Position numbers and translations under genes: made by a program. The notes beneath the pieces are model-generated. The model was not told the DNA's origin. It searched no databases and saw nothing but the letters and a program-made list of their open reading frames with translations. Below, one piece after another: positions 1 through 9,440 of a stretch of 64,000 nucleotides of DNA; position 1 is the stretch's first letter, and every line of letters starts with the position of its first letter. Location: contig JAKIVC010000002.1 in assembly GCA_021647245.1 (NCBI GenBank), positions 64,184 through 128,183 of the forward strand, in the 5' to 3' direction. The DNA comes from Gammaproteobacteria bacterium (GTDB lineage Bacteria > Pseudomonadota > Gammaproteobacteria > RBG-16-57-12).

Positions 1-802
1 GGTTGATATGTTTTACCAGCTTATCGAGAATGGTGTGACGAAGGTTTTTGTCAAAATAGATCAAGACATTTTGGCAGAAGACAATATCCATCTTGTGGAT
101 AGTACTCTGATCCATCTCAAGCAGATTGAGCATATTGAAACAGACACGCTTGCGCACCGCCTCATCTACCTGGTACTTGCCGCCCTCTTTTTTTGTTAGA
201 TAGCGCGCTAAAAGTGGCTGTGGGAACTCTTTGACACGCAGCGCGTCGTACACACCTTTACGTGCTTTTGCCAGGGCTGGCAGGCTGATGTCGCTGCCGA
301 CGACGCCGTAGTAGATGTTGGGGTGAAACCTCTTCAGGTAGTCATCCAGTGCAATCGCTAGCGTGTAGCTCTCCTCTCCTGTGGCACAACCGACACTCCA
401 GGCTTGGAGGTGGTTTTCACCCAGGTGGCTCCTGATATAGTCGGGCAAGAAGGCTTCCGTTAGCAGTTTAATAGAGCTGGGGTGGCGAAAAAAACGTGTT
501 TCATGAATAGTCAGGCGATCAACCAGTGTGGTCCACTCAATCTTGCCATTACGCCCCGAGAGCAGGTACTGGTAGTAGTCGCTATAGCATGTAAAGTCCA
601 GCTCACGCATACGCAGCCGAACCCCGGTGGTAAGGAACGATTTGCGCGCATACCGGACATCCATGCCCGTACGCTGCTTGAGCAGACAGCTCCACCGCAG
701 GAACTCCTGGTCATCCATTTCATTGATGCTGTTCATCCAGTCGGGTGTCTCAGCCATAGTCTGTTGTTCAATCACGTTATAACCGATACCTGCCATCAAC
801 AT
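1..802 (-). CDS. pilK: Chemotaxis protein methyltransferase CheR family (PilK-like). Partial, because the 3' end lies beyond the window start. It is absent from the ORF track since it has no in-window stop.
   Basis: Reverse-complement translation from the ATG at 802 gives MLMAGIGYNVIEQ...LTIHETRFFRHPSS...AWSVGCATGEESYTLAIALDD...VDEAVRKRVCFNMLNLLE. These are the CheR N-terminal domain and SAM-methyltransferase motifs. It lies immediately downstream of the pilJ-like MCP, in Pseudomonas pilGHIJK-chpA order. Confidence 0.8.
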   Translation of the reverse strand, partial: MLMAGIGYNVIEQQTMAETPDWMNSINEMDDQEFLRWSCLLKQRTGMDVRYARKSFLTTGVRLRMRELDFTCYSDYYQYLLSGRNGKIEWTTLVDRLTIHETRFFRHPSSIKLLTEAFLPDYIRSHLGENHLQAWSVGCATGEESYTLAIALDDYLKRFHPNIYYGVVGSDISLPALAKARKGVYDALRVKEFPQPLLARYLTKKEGGKYQVDEAVRKRVCFNMLNLLEMDQSTIHKMDIVFCQNVLIYFDKNLRHTILDKLVKHIN

Positions 803-834
803 AGCTGTGAAGTCTATATTAGCGTTTTATGCTG

Positions 835-2868
835 CTAACTCGGCAGTTTGAAGCCGGCCACGGAGCCGCGAAGGTCGTGTGCCAGATCGGCCAAATTGCT
901 AATCGAGGCTGAGGTTTCATTCGTGCCCGCCGCCGTTTGGGTGGTGAGATCCTGAATGACATTCATGGTTTCGGAGATATTGTTTGCTGCATTACACTGC
1001 TGTGTTGCCGCTACCGAGATGTTGTGACTCAGGTCATTGAGTTCGTTAGAGACCTCCTCAATTTCAGTCAGAGTATCTCCGGCGGTTTTGGCTAGCTGGG
1101 TTCCCCTAACCACCTCAGTGGTGCTTCGCTCCATTGAAGCAATCGCTTCATTGGTGTCACTTTGAATGGTTTTAACCAGTGCTTCGATCTGTTTGGTAGC
1201 ATCGGTGGAGCGCTCGGCTAGGCGTTGAACTTCATCGGCGACAACCGCAAAGCCACGCCCCGCATCACCCGCCATGGCGGCTTGAATTGCGGCATTCAAT
1301 GCCAGAATATTGGTCTGGTCAGTCAAGTCATTGATTAATTCGACAATTTCACTAATCTCCAGCGAGCTCTCACCTAGGCGCTTGATGCGTTTCGAGGTCT
1401 CTTGAATCTGCTCGCGGATATGCTCCATGCCGTTAATAGAGTCGTGAACAGCGGTGACGCCATCATGGGCGGTTTTGACGGATGTCTTGGCAACGGTGGA
1501 GGAGTTGAGTGCATTAGTGGAGACATCCTCAATCGAGGTGGCCATCTCGTTAATTGCGGTAACAACCGTGGCAATCTGATGTGCTTGGTGGTCGGTGGCA
1601 TCGGCCAGATGTATCGCAGTGGTTTGCGTCTCTGTTGCAGCAGAGGAGACTTGTGACACGGTATCATTAATGGTGTTGACCAAGTTGCGCAGTGCGCTGA
1701 CCACGTAGTTGATATGTTCAGCAATAGCACCCGTAAAGTCATTTGATACGGTCGCTTCTACGGTGAGGTCGCCCTCAGCTAAGCCACTGATTTCGTACAA
1801 TAGACGTTGAATCGCCTCTTCATGCTCCTGGTTGGCTTGTGCACTCTCCTCGATACGCTGGCGTGCATCGCGTAGCAGTGAGTAGGCGAGCCAAATCAAC
1901 ACGATAAGTGCGAAAAAGGCAGCTGCATAGCCCAGGTTTTCGGCGAGAGAGCGTGAAGTGCTGTTGTTCAAATTGATATAGGCGCGCAGCAGGTTGCTGC
2001 TGGCGTGCAGCAGGGCATCTGACTCGCGGTACATATTATTGGCTGCAACCTGTGCCTTGAATAGCTCAGGGGTTCGCTCCAGAATACGCTCCGAGAGGTC
2101 ACTGACGGCCTGATACATCAGATCCAAAACCTCAAGTTTATCTCTTGCAAGCTCATTTCGTATGCGGCTGACATCTTGAGCGGTATCGCCTTCACGCATA
2201 CCGGCCAGCACTTCACCAAACTGGGCAATATCACGCTTAAATTCAGCTGCCGCATTAGCGGCACCCGTGTCGGCATTGATCATTCGGACAAGGTTATACT
2301 CTATGCGCTGTGCCAAGGTAACTTGGTTTGCTGCGTGCTGAATCTGTTTTGGGCGGTATCCGAGTTCCACCATGATATCGACCACTTCGGAAGAGCTCGC
2401 CTGTATCTGGGGCATTAACTCTGCCAGTGCGGAGATAAACTCACTGAGTATGCGGGTAGTCCCTTCAGACTCCAGCGTAATCTCTATATTATTGCTGAAC
2501 TTTTCCCACTCAGTGGTGAGGGCATCGAGTTCCGCCTGGACCTCTTTGGGCGATGGTGGCAGGCCACTCTCGGGGTTGCCATTTTGCAGCTTCATTAGTG
2601 ATGCATTGAAAAGGTCGTGGGTCTCTTTTAGCTTACCGAAGGCATCCACATCGGCTTGTGACGCGGCGATTGCGTATTTCAATACGCGTTGTGAAAGTAG
2701 CCGCTGCTCCCCTGCCGTATTAATGTACTCTCTATCGTGTTGCTCTTTGATAGAGGAGTAACCAAAGAGTAATCCCATTAATACCACCAGCACAATGAGC
2801 AGAGCGATGGCGTAGGTGATTGGCTTATTGTTAGTGCCGCTTTCTGTCTGAATTGCTGATGTTGTCAT
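835..2868 (-). CDS. pilJ: Methyl-accepting chemotaxis protein of the twitching-motility Chp system (PilJ-like), 677 aa.
   Basis: N-terminal TM, a large periplasmic region, and a C-terminal MCP signalling domain (LALNAAIQAAMAGDAGRGFAVVADEVQRLAERS). Length and position match P. aeruginosa PilJ. Confidence 0.85.
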   Translation of the reverse strand: MTTSAIQTESGTNNKPITYAIALLIVLVVLMGLLFGYSSIKEQHDREYINTAGEQRLLSQRVLKYAIAASQADVDAFGKLKETHDLFNASLMKLQNGNPESGLPPSPKEVQAELDALTTEWEKFSNNIEITLESEGTTRILSEFISALAELMPQIQASSSEVVDIMVELGYRPKQIQHAANQVTLAQRIEYNLVRMINADTGAANAAAEFKRDIAQFGEVLAGMREGDTAQDVSRIRNELARDKLEVLDLMYQAVSDLSERILERTPELFKAQVAANNMYRESDALLHASSNLLRAYINLNNSTSRSLAENLGYAAAFFALIVLIWLAYSLLRDARQRIEESAQANQEHEEAIQRLLYEISGLAEGDLTVEATVSNDFTGAIAEHINYVVSALRNLVNTINDTVSQVSSAATETQTTAIHLADATDHQAHQIATVVTAINEMATSIEDVSTNALNSSTVAKTSVKTAHDGVTAVHDSINGMEHIREQIQETSKRIKRLGESSLEISEIVELINDLTDQTNILALNAAIQAAMAGDAGRGFAVVADEVQRLAERSTDATKQIEALVKTIQSDTNEAIASMERSTTEVVRGTQLAKTAGDTLTEIEEVSNELNDLSHNISVAATQQCNAANNISETMNVIQDLTTQTAAGTNETSASISNLADLAHDLRGSVAGFKLPS

Positions 2869-2924
2869 TATCGGCTCCAGGCCTTATTTGTTGGTGGTAA
2901 TATCATTATTTATGGGATGCCGCA

Positions 2925-3452
2925 TTAAGCGGCTATGTTCATGAATGCCTGTGATTGCGCCAGCTTTGGCAGGCTTAGCACATGGTACTCTTGTGAGTCG
3001 TCCATAAAACCTGCTGTCAGGTAGGGTACTAATTTTGGGTCATTCGAGGCGTGATTTTCGACCTTTTTTGTCTGGTCGAGATGCCTGAGGCCGTGAACCT
3101 CGTCGACCAGCAACCCCGCCATCAGTCCCGACTGGTTAATGACCAGTATACGGCTGTTTTTTTGGGCGGTAGGTGCGCGTAAATCGAGAAATGCGGCGAG
3201 ATCAATGATGGTGATTAAGCTTCCTCGCACATTGGCTACACCTCTCACCCATGGCTTAACACCAGGCAGCAGAGAAATATGAGGGCAGGGTGCCACCTCC
3301 TGTATCTCGGAAAGAGCGGATATTAGGTTGATTTTGCCAAAGCGGTAGCTGATACCGTGCCAGATTTTCCGTGCCTTATCGGGCTGTGGTAATGGGGTGG
3401 CATTTTCGTGAGCTCGCGCTGCAATTTCTTGTAGTAATTGAAAAAAATTCAT
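2925..3452 (-). CDS. pilI: CheW-like coupling protein (PilI-like).
   Basis: CheW domain motifs (VKPWVRGVANVRGSLITIIDLAAFL), 175 aa. It is translationally coupled to the upstream response regulator by a 4-nt overlap. Confidence 0.85.
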   Translation of the reverse strand: MNFFQLLQEIAARAHENATPLPQPDKARKIWHGISYRFGKINLISALSEIQEVAPCPHISLLPGVKPWVRGVANVRGSLITIIDLAAFLDLRAPTAQKNSRILVINQSGLMAGLLVDEVHGLRHLDQTKKVENHASNDPKLVPYLTAGFMDDSQEYHVLSLPKLAQSQAFMNIAA

Positions 3453-3850
3453 TGCGTAACCGCCCTCGGTACATGGTGTTTTACGGCATCCAGTAGTTCA
3501 TCTTTGGTAAAAGGCTTGGTCAGGTACTGATCCGAACCTACAATCCGCCCACGGGCACGGTCAAACAGACCATCTTTACTGGTGAGCATAACCACCGGAG
3601 TTGTTTTGAAGGTGTGGTTGTGTTTAATCAGGGCGCAGGTTTGATAGCCATCGAGGCGCGGCATCATCACATCAACAAAAATCAGATCGGGCTTGTGATC
3701 GGTGATGATAGAGAGTGCAGCAAACCCGTCGATGGCTGTGACAACATCACAACCCGCTTTTTGGAGGAGTGTTTCCGCTGTGCGGCGGATTGTTTTACTG
3801 TCATCAATGACCATCACTTTTACATTTTGAAACTGGGTTGTATTCGCCAT
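3449..3850 (-). CDS. pilG: CheY-like single-domain response regulator, twitching motility PilG.
   Basis: MVIDDSKTIRRTAETLLQKAGCDVVTAIDGFAALS...VMMPRLDGYQTCALIK...GSDQYLTKPFTKDELL is a near-identical family match to Pseudomonas PilG. It is followed by only one CheY-like gene; no pilH is present. Confidence 0.85.
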   Translation of the reverse strand: MANTTQFQNVKVMVIDDSKTIRRTAETLLQKAGCDVVTAIDGFAALSIITDHKPDLIFVDVMMPRLDGYQTCALIKHNHTFKTTPVVMLTSKDGLFDRARGRIVGSDQYLTKPFTKDELLDAVKHHVPRAVTQ

Positions 3851-4166
3851 GCGTTCGTCCTGTTATTTTCTTCGCCTTGATCGACTCGTTTCGACTGGCA
3901 GTAAAAGCGCACTAAAGCGAAGAAATTAAACCAATATTGTCAAAGTTGCACCTATTTTATTTTGCTCAAGATAACACTATTTTTGATTTTTTGAGACAAA
4001 TTTATCTGCTTTTCGCAGGGCGTGAAAAGGTTACCGGCGTTTCATGTTAAACTGATGGGCACCTGAACTTCGTTAGTTATCTTCAAATTTATTGTTTTAA
4101 GGTTTAATTGATTATCCCGCAAAAAACAACCGGGATTAGTGCTTTTTCGACGATTGTGTCAGGCTA

Positions 4167-4190
4167 TTTCACTCTGAACATAGGGTGAAA
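4167..4190. promoter_or_regulatory. Inverted repeat TTTCAC-N12-GTGAAA in the divergent pilG/gshA promoter region.
   Basis: The repeat is seen directly in the sequence: tttcactctgaacatagggtgaaa. It sits in the 430-bp intergenic region between two divergently transcribed operons. Its function is unknown. Confidence 0.2.
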
Positions 4191-4279
4191 GTATAGGCCG
4201 AACCAAGCGCCTATCAGTCGGTCGTACTCGTTGTATTTACTCGGTTTTTAGTGGTGGCCACAGTGATGAAGGAAAATTA

Positions 4280-5569
4280 ATGACATTTCAACAGCATGTG
4301 AGCGTACCGCACTTGACAACCGCCCTCACAGGACCTCTGCAACACATTGAGAGCCACCTGCTTGGGCATCAAGTCGAAATTGAGACGTGGTTCCGCAGTC
4401 AGTGGCTAAAGACCCCTGCCCCTTTTTATACCTCGGTTGATCTGCGTAATGCGGGTTTCAAGCTGGCGCCGGTCGATACCAACCTCTTCCCGGCAGGCTT
4501 TAATAACCTCAATAGTGCTTTCATGCCGCTCTGTATCCATGCAGTACAATCGGCCGTGGAGCGGATTTGCCCCACTGGGCGGCGAGTTTTATTGGTGCCC
4601 GAAAATCATACCCGTAACCTCTTCTACCTGGAGAGTCTGGCAACACTGGTGCAAATTATTACTGCGGCGGGTTTTGAAGTGCGCATTGGCTCACTGCTGG
4701 CAACACTGGATGAGCCCATGTGTGTGGAGCTGCCCTCGGGGCGAAGTGTGACGCTGGAACGCCTGATTCGCCATAACTCCCGCGTTGGTGTGGCCGGTTT
4801 TGACCCCTGTGCGGTGCTATTAAATAATGACCTCTCCGAGGGGTACCCTGAAATATTAGTGGGTATAGAGCAGTCTATTATTCCACCGCTGGCATTGGGC
4901 TGGTCAAATCGACTGAAATCGGGTCACTTTGCACACTATCGTGATGTTGCCGAAGAGCTCTCCGACTTGGTTGAAATCGACTCCTGGCTGATCTCTCCCT
5001 TGTTTCGCAACTGTGGTGAGGTCAGCTTTAAAAAGCGTGAAGGTGAAGATTGTTTACTGAAAAATGCGACCGCGCTATTTACCGCGATAAAGCTTAAATA
5101 TGAAGAGTATGGTTTAACCGATAAACCTTTTATTGTCGCCAAAGCAGATGCGGGCACCTACGGAATGGGAATAATGACCGTGGAGAGTCCAGAGGAGCTG
5201 GTTGAGCTTAATCGCAAGCAGCGCAATAAAATGGCTTCCGCCAAAGGGGGGCAAGAGGTGAGCCAGGTTATTTTGCAGGAGGGTGTTTATACCTTCGAGA
5301 CGTGGGGTGATGCGGTCGCAGAGCCGGTAGTTTATATGTTGGATCACTTTGTGGTTGGCGGGTTTTACCGGGTGCATAAAGGACGAGGTGTAAAAGAGAA
5401 TCTGAATGCACCAGGAATGCACTTTGAGCCGCTGGCTTTTGCAGAGTCTTGCAGCACCCCTGATCGCAGCGAGGCGCCGGATGCGGGTATTAACCGCTTT
5501 TACGCCTATGGCGTGATTGCTCGCTTGGCGATGCTGGCGGCAGCTCGTGAAATTCATCAACACAGTTAG
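4280..5569 (+). CDS. gshA: Glutamate--cysteine ligase, proteobacterial ~430 aa type.
   Basis: 429 aa. The N-terminal sequence MTFQQHVS...GPLQHIE...TWFRSQW and overall length fit the non-E. coli-type bacterial gamma-glutamylcysteine synthetase. It is adjacent to gshB. Confidence 0.75.
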   Translation: MTFQQHVSVPHLTTALTGPLQHIESHLLGHQVEIETWFRSQWLKTPAPFYTSVDLRNAGFKLAPVDTNLFPAGFNNLNSAFMPLCIHAVQSAVERICPTGRRVLLVPENHTRNLFYLESLATLVQIITAAGFEVRIGSLLATLDEPMCVELPSGRSVTLERLIRHNSRVGVAGFDPCAVLLNNDLSEGYPEILVGIEQSIIPPLALGWSNRLKSGHFAHYRDVAEELSDLVEIDSWLISPLFRNCGEVSFKKREGEDCLLKNATALFTAIKLKYEEYGLTDKPFIVAKADAGTYGMGIMTVESPEELVELNRKQRNKMASAKGGQEVSQVILQEGVYTFETWGDAVAEPVVYMLDHFVVGGFYRVHKGRGVKENLNAPGMHFEPLAFAESCSTPDRSEAPDAGINRFYAYGVIARLAMLAAAREIHQHS

Positions 5570-5578
5570 GGTCAGGTT

Positions 5579-6535
5579 ATGGGGATAAAGCTCGGCATTG
5601 TAATGGATCCGATTGACGCTATCACAACCTACAAAGATAGCAGTTTTGCGATGTTGCTGGAGGCGCAAAAGCGAGGTTATCAGCTCTACTACATGGAGAT
5701 GAAAGACCTCTCTCTACGTGATGGCAAGGCGTTCGGTCGTCTCTCCCCTCTGACGGTAGATGACAACCAGGAAGCATGGTTTACCTTAGGTGATGCGGTT
5801 GAGCAGCCACTGACAGAACTTGATGTTATTTTGATGCGTAAAGACCCCCCTTTTGATACAGAGTATATCTATGCCACCTACTTGCTCGAACGCGCTGAAG
5901 TGGAGGGTGTGCTGGTTGTCAACAAGCCACAGAGTCTGCGTGATGCCAATGAAAAGCTTTATACCGCATGGTTTAATCAGTGTACGCCCCCGACACTGGT
6001 GAGCCGCCGAGATGATCAATTGCGCGCTTTTTTGGTGGAGCAGGGTGATATTATTCTTAAGCCATTAGACGGGATGGGCGGAGCTTCGGTATTTCGGCTA
6101 CGTCAGCAGGATGCCAATATTGGTGTGACTATTGAAGTGCTGACCCAGCATGGCCAGCGCTATATCATGGCGCAACGTTTTATTCCGGAGATCACCTCAG
6201 GAGATAAGCGCATCTTGATGGTGGATGGCGAACCGATACCCTACGCACTGGCGCGCTTACCCGCTAAGGGCGAGGTGCGGGCCAACCTGGCGGTGGGTGG
6301 CCGGGGGGTGGGTGTCGAGTTAAGTGAAAGAGACCACTGGATCTGCCAACAGGTGGGGCCGGCGTTGCGAGAGAAAGGGTTGCTATTTGTGGGGCTGGAT
6401 GTGATTGGTGACTACCTGACAGAGATCAATGTGACCAGCCCTACCTGTATTCGCGAGCTAGATAATCAATACGGGATCAATATCAGCGGCAAACTGATGG
6501 ATGCCATTGAGCAGCGTCTGGCGGCGCGCACCTGA
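5579..6535 (+). CDS. gshB: Glutathione synthetase.
   Basis: Prokaryotic GSH synthetase N-terminal domain (LGIVMDPIDAITTYKDSSFAMLLEAQKRGY) followed by an ATP-grasp domain. 318 aa. Confidence 0.9.
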   Translation: MGIKLGIVMDPIDAITTYKDSSFAMLLEAQKRGYQLYYMEMKDLSLRDGKAFGRLSPLTVDDNQEAWFTLGDAVEQPLTELDVILMRKDPPFDTEYIYATYLLERAEVEGVLVVNKPQSLRDANEKLYTAWFNQCTPPTLVSRRDDQLRAFLVEQGDIILKPLDGMGGASVFRLRQQDANIGVTIEVLTQHGQRYIMAQRFIPEITSGDKRILMVDGEPIPYALARLPAKGEVRANLAVGGRGVGVELSERDHWICQQVGPALREKGLLFVGLDVIGDYLTEINVTSPTCIRELDNQYGINISGKLMDAIEQRLAART

Positions 6536-7563
6536 TGCGTTGGCTACTACTGCTTATGGTGCTGCTACTGGCTGGATGTGATCATCCGGATACCCACAGC
6601 CATAAACAGCAGATGTATGTTTTTGGTACCTTGGTGGAGGTGTTGATCTGGACCGATGAGGAGGAGGCTGCCAGTGAGGCGATGACACGGCTGAACGCGC
6701 AGTTTCAACAGCAGCACCAACAGTGGCACCCATGGGAGCCCGGTCTACTGCGCGCATTTAATCAACAGCTTTCGAGTGGTGATTCGGTTCCCATCCCTGA
6801 TGTGATATCTCCACTTCTGGCGCGCTCTATTGAGCTATCAATAGCCAGTGATGGTCTGTTTGACCCCGCCCTGGGGCGATTGGTAGAGTTGTGGGGCTTT
6901 TCGGATAATCTGGTTAACGCTTCCCAGCCACCAGATGCCGCCGCGTTAGCTGATTTTACTGAACATGCTCCGCGTATCAAAGACCTGGAAATCAACAGTG
7001 GCGTGGCGCAGAGTCATAATGCTCTTCTCTATCTCGATTTTGGTGGTTTTGCCAAAGGGTATGCGGTGGATCGTGCGATTGAGGCATTGCGTGAAATGGG
7101 ATTCGAAAATGCGATTGTCAATGCAGGGGGTGATCTGCGGGCGATCGGTAGCAAAGGAGAGTGGCCGTGGCGGATCGGAATTCGTAATCCACGGGGTGAA
7201 GGGTTGATTGCATCACTCCAGATTAGCGGCGATGAGAGTGTTTTCACTTCAGGTGACTACGAGCGGTTTTATGAATACCGGGGTAAGCGGTACCACCATA
7301 TTATCGACCCACGTAGTGGCTACCCGACGGCTGGTTTTAGCTCGGTGACCATTTTACATGGCGATGCGGCCACGGCTGATGCTGCCGCCACGGCGCTGAT
7401 GGTGGCCGGGCCCAAGCAGTGGCGTGAGGTGGCAAAAAAAATGGGGTTAAATCATGTGATGGTGATTACTCCCCAGGGTGACATCAGCATGACACCCGCC
7501 ATGGTTGAGCGTATTCGATTTGAGGTTTCGCCCGCGCCCCTCGTCAAGGTGGTAGATTGGTAG
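6535..7563 (+). CDS. apbE: FAD:protein FMN transferase (ApbE family) lipoprotein.
   Basis: Lipobox LLLAGC. ApbE motifs GGFAKGYAVDRAIEALREMG and ...HHIIDPRSGYP. Confidence 0.85.
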   Translation: MRWLLLLMVLLLAGCDHPDTHSHKQQMYVFGTLVEVLIWTDEEEAASEAMTRLNAQFQQQHQQWHPWEPGLLRAFNQQLSSGDSVPIPDVISPLLARSIELSIASDGLFDPALGRLVELWGFSDNLVNASQPPDAAALADFTEHAPRIKDLEINSGVAQSHNALLYLDFGGFAKGYAVDRAIEALREMGFENAIVNAGGDLRAIGSKGEWPWRIGIRNPRGEGLIASLQISGDESVFTSGDYERFYEYRGKRYHHIIDPRSGYPTAGFSSVTILHGDAATADAAATALMVAGPKQWREVAKKMGLNHVMVITPQGDISMTPAMVERIRFEVSPAPLVKVVDW

Positions 7564-7925
7564 TGCTGCGTCGAGGTGATTATCTGGTACTGTTGGCCAC
7601 ACTACTGCTGTTGCCATGGCTCTATTTGACGCTCTGGGGTGATCAGCGTGCGGGTGAGTATGCACAAATTCTTGTGGGTGGTGAGCAGATGGCGTTGGTG
7701 AGCCTTCACCAACCGCGAACCCTTGAAGTGGAAGGATCTCTGGGGTTGAGTCTGCTCGAAGTGCTGGACGGTAAAATTCGTTTTGTAGCATCGGCCTGCC
7801 AAAATAAACAGTGTGTTCATCGCCGCTGGATCAGCTTGGGCGGCGAGGTGGTGAGCTGCTTGCCCAACCGGGTGAGTATCGCCATATTAGGTGGTGAGCA
7901 GCGTTTTGATGCGATTAACTTTTAA
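7557..7925 (+). CDS. NusG domain II-containing (DUF1312) membrane-anchored protein.
   Basis: N-terminal TM, a conserved Cys pair (ACQNKQC), and 122 aa. Its position between ApbE and a Gx transporter is the typical conserved trio. Confidence 0.6.
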   Translation: MVVLRRGDYLVLLATLLLLPWLYLTLWGDQRAGEYAQILVGGEQMALVSLHQPRTLEVEGSLGLSLLEVLDGKIRFVASACQNKQCVHRRWISLGGEVVSCLPNRVSIAILGGEQRFDAINF

Positions 7926-7931
7926 TCACCC

Positions 7932-8489
7932 ATGAATCAACTTGGCCACCGCAAGATTTTGACACAACCCAGTGACCATCGCATCGCTTGGTGGGCCGCG
8001 CTGGCGATCACCATTCATATTGTTGAGAGTGCGCTGCCCAGCCCGGTCCCGGGTCTTAAGCTGGGTTTGGCAAATGTGATTGTGGTGGCGGTGCTGGTGC
8101 TCTATGGCTGGCGAGATGCGGTTTGGGTGGCACTGTTACGGGTGTTGGTGGGGAGCCTGCTGGTGGGTACTTTCCTTACACCTACCTTTATGCTCAGTTT
8201 AAGTGGCGCGTGTGCCAGCCTGCTGGCGCTTGGCGCGGGATATTACTACAGTCGCCTGCTACCCAGTTGGGGGCTTGGGGCGCTGGGCTACAGTCTGTTG
8301 GCTGCCCAAGCGCATATGCTTGGGCAGTTTGCTATCGCCTATTTTGTATTGATTCCACACCCCGCGCTCTTTAAATTATTACCGGTATTGATGACGGCTG
8401 CATTGGTATTTGGCGTGATCAGTGGCATGATTGCAGTGGCAATGATTGATAAGGTACAGAAGCGAGTCAATGGTGGAACAAGTAGTTAA
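7932..8489 (+). CDS. Gx transporter family protein (heptaprenyl diphosphate synthase component I-like membrane protein).
   Basis: 185 aa polytopic membrane protein with Gx motifs. It is the partner of the ApbE/NusG-II genes. Confidence 0.6.
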   Translation: MNQLGHRKILTQPSDHRIAWWAALAITIHIVESALPSPVPGLKLGLANVIVVAVLVLYGWRDAVWVALLRVLVGSLLVGTFLTPTFMLSLSGACASLLALGAGYYYSRLLPSWGLGALGYSLLAAQAHMLGQFAIAYFVLIPHPALFKLLPVLMTAALVFGVISGMIAVAMIDKVQKRVNGGTSS

Positions 8490-9351
8490 AGCGACACCCA
8501 TTAAATCCTCAGATCGACTGAGTTTCACCATTTTTATCGCGGTGATTGTGCATTTGGTGCTGGTGTTGGGTGTTGTTTTTGAATATGAGCTGAATAAGCC
8601 GCCGGTACTCACTGAAATGGAGGTGATCTTCATTCAAAATAGCACGTCGAGTGAAGAGAGTGACGCGGACTACCTGGCACAGGTGACACAGCAGGGCGGT
8701 GGTAATACCGAAGACAAAGTACGTCCCACCAGCCCACCACCCTCCGAATTGCCCAGTGACAACCCTAATGAGGCACCTGCACCGCAAGTTGAAAGGGTGG
8801 CCAGCAACCCAGAGCCAACCCAGCAACAGTTGGCGGTGAGAGTAGCGCAACAGGCGGAGTTGATTGAGCAACAGGTGCGTGAGCTTGAATCCAAATTACA
8901 ACAAAACCTGACGGCACAGCAGCTGATTCAGCGTAGCCGGGAGATCGCCAGTCTTAATGCGGAAGTAAGCGAGGCGTGGGAGAGCTACTCGAAAATGCCG
9001 CGTAAGAAATATATATCAGCGGCAACCCAAGAGTATAGTGCGGCGGCTTACATGAGTGCCTGGCAGGATAAAGTAGAGCGCATCGGCAATATCAACTACC
9101 CGGAAGCGGCGCGGCACCAAAATATTTATGGCAGCTTGGTATTGGAAGTTAATATAAAGCCTGACGGCAGCGTACAAGAGATCAACGTGTTACGCTCATC
9201 AGGGGAGCGTTTACTGGATGATGCGGCGATTCGTATTGTGCGCCTAGCCTCACCCTTTGCACCACTTCCTGATGCATTGAGAGAGGGGGCTGATATTCTT
9301 GCTATTATACGTACTTGGCAGTTTCAGCAGGGCGGGCTGGCAACCAAGTAG
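8446..9351 (+). CDS. tonB: TonB family energy transducer, tonB3-like as judged by gene order with P. aeruginosa. The true start is probably the internal ATG near 8470.
   Basis: N-terminal TM, a Pro/Glu-rich linker (PTSPPPSELPSDNPNEAPAPQ), and the TonB C-terminal domain (YPEAARHQNIYGSLVLEVNIKPDGSV). Confidence 0.8.
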   Translation: MIRYRSESMVEQVVKATPIKSSDRLSFTIFIAVIVHLVLVLGVVFEYELNKPPVLTEMEVIFIQNSTSSEESDADYLAQVTQQGGGNTEDKVRPTSPPPSELPSDNPNEAPAPQVERVASNPEPTQQQLAVRVAQQAELIEQQVRELESKLQQNLTAQQLIQRSREIASLNAEVSEAWESYSKMPRKKYISAATQEYSAAAYMSAWQDKVERIGNINYPEAARHQNIYGSLVLEVNIKPDGSVQEINVLRSSGERLLDDAAIRIVRLASPFAPLPDALREGADILAIIRTWQFQQGGLATK

Positions 9352-9440
9352 TCATCACGCTATTCAACCGCGCCATAAGAGCTTGCAGCCGAGCGACTGA
9401 ATAGATTACTTAAAATAATCAAGTCAACGATATTGAATCA

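Noticed and set aside
8-838. ORFs 8..199+, 482..838+ and 511..723-.
   Set aside because: These are overlapped by the CheR/PilK-like gene on the minus strand, which has clear family motifs. They are frame shadows of it.
1374-1742. Antisense and alternative-frame ORFs inside pilJ (1374..1742-, 1402..1656+, 2176..2418+, 2372..2761+).
   Set aside because: They lie entirely within a well-supported MCP gene and give low-complexity Pro/Ser/Arg-rich translations. They are spurious ORFs typical of the opposite strand of GC-biased codons.
5114-5668. 184-aa minus-strand ORF spanning the gshA 3' end and gshB start.
   Set aside because: It is antisense to two strongly supported genes, with no motifs.
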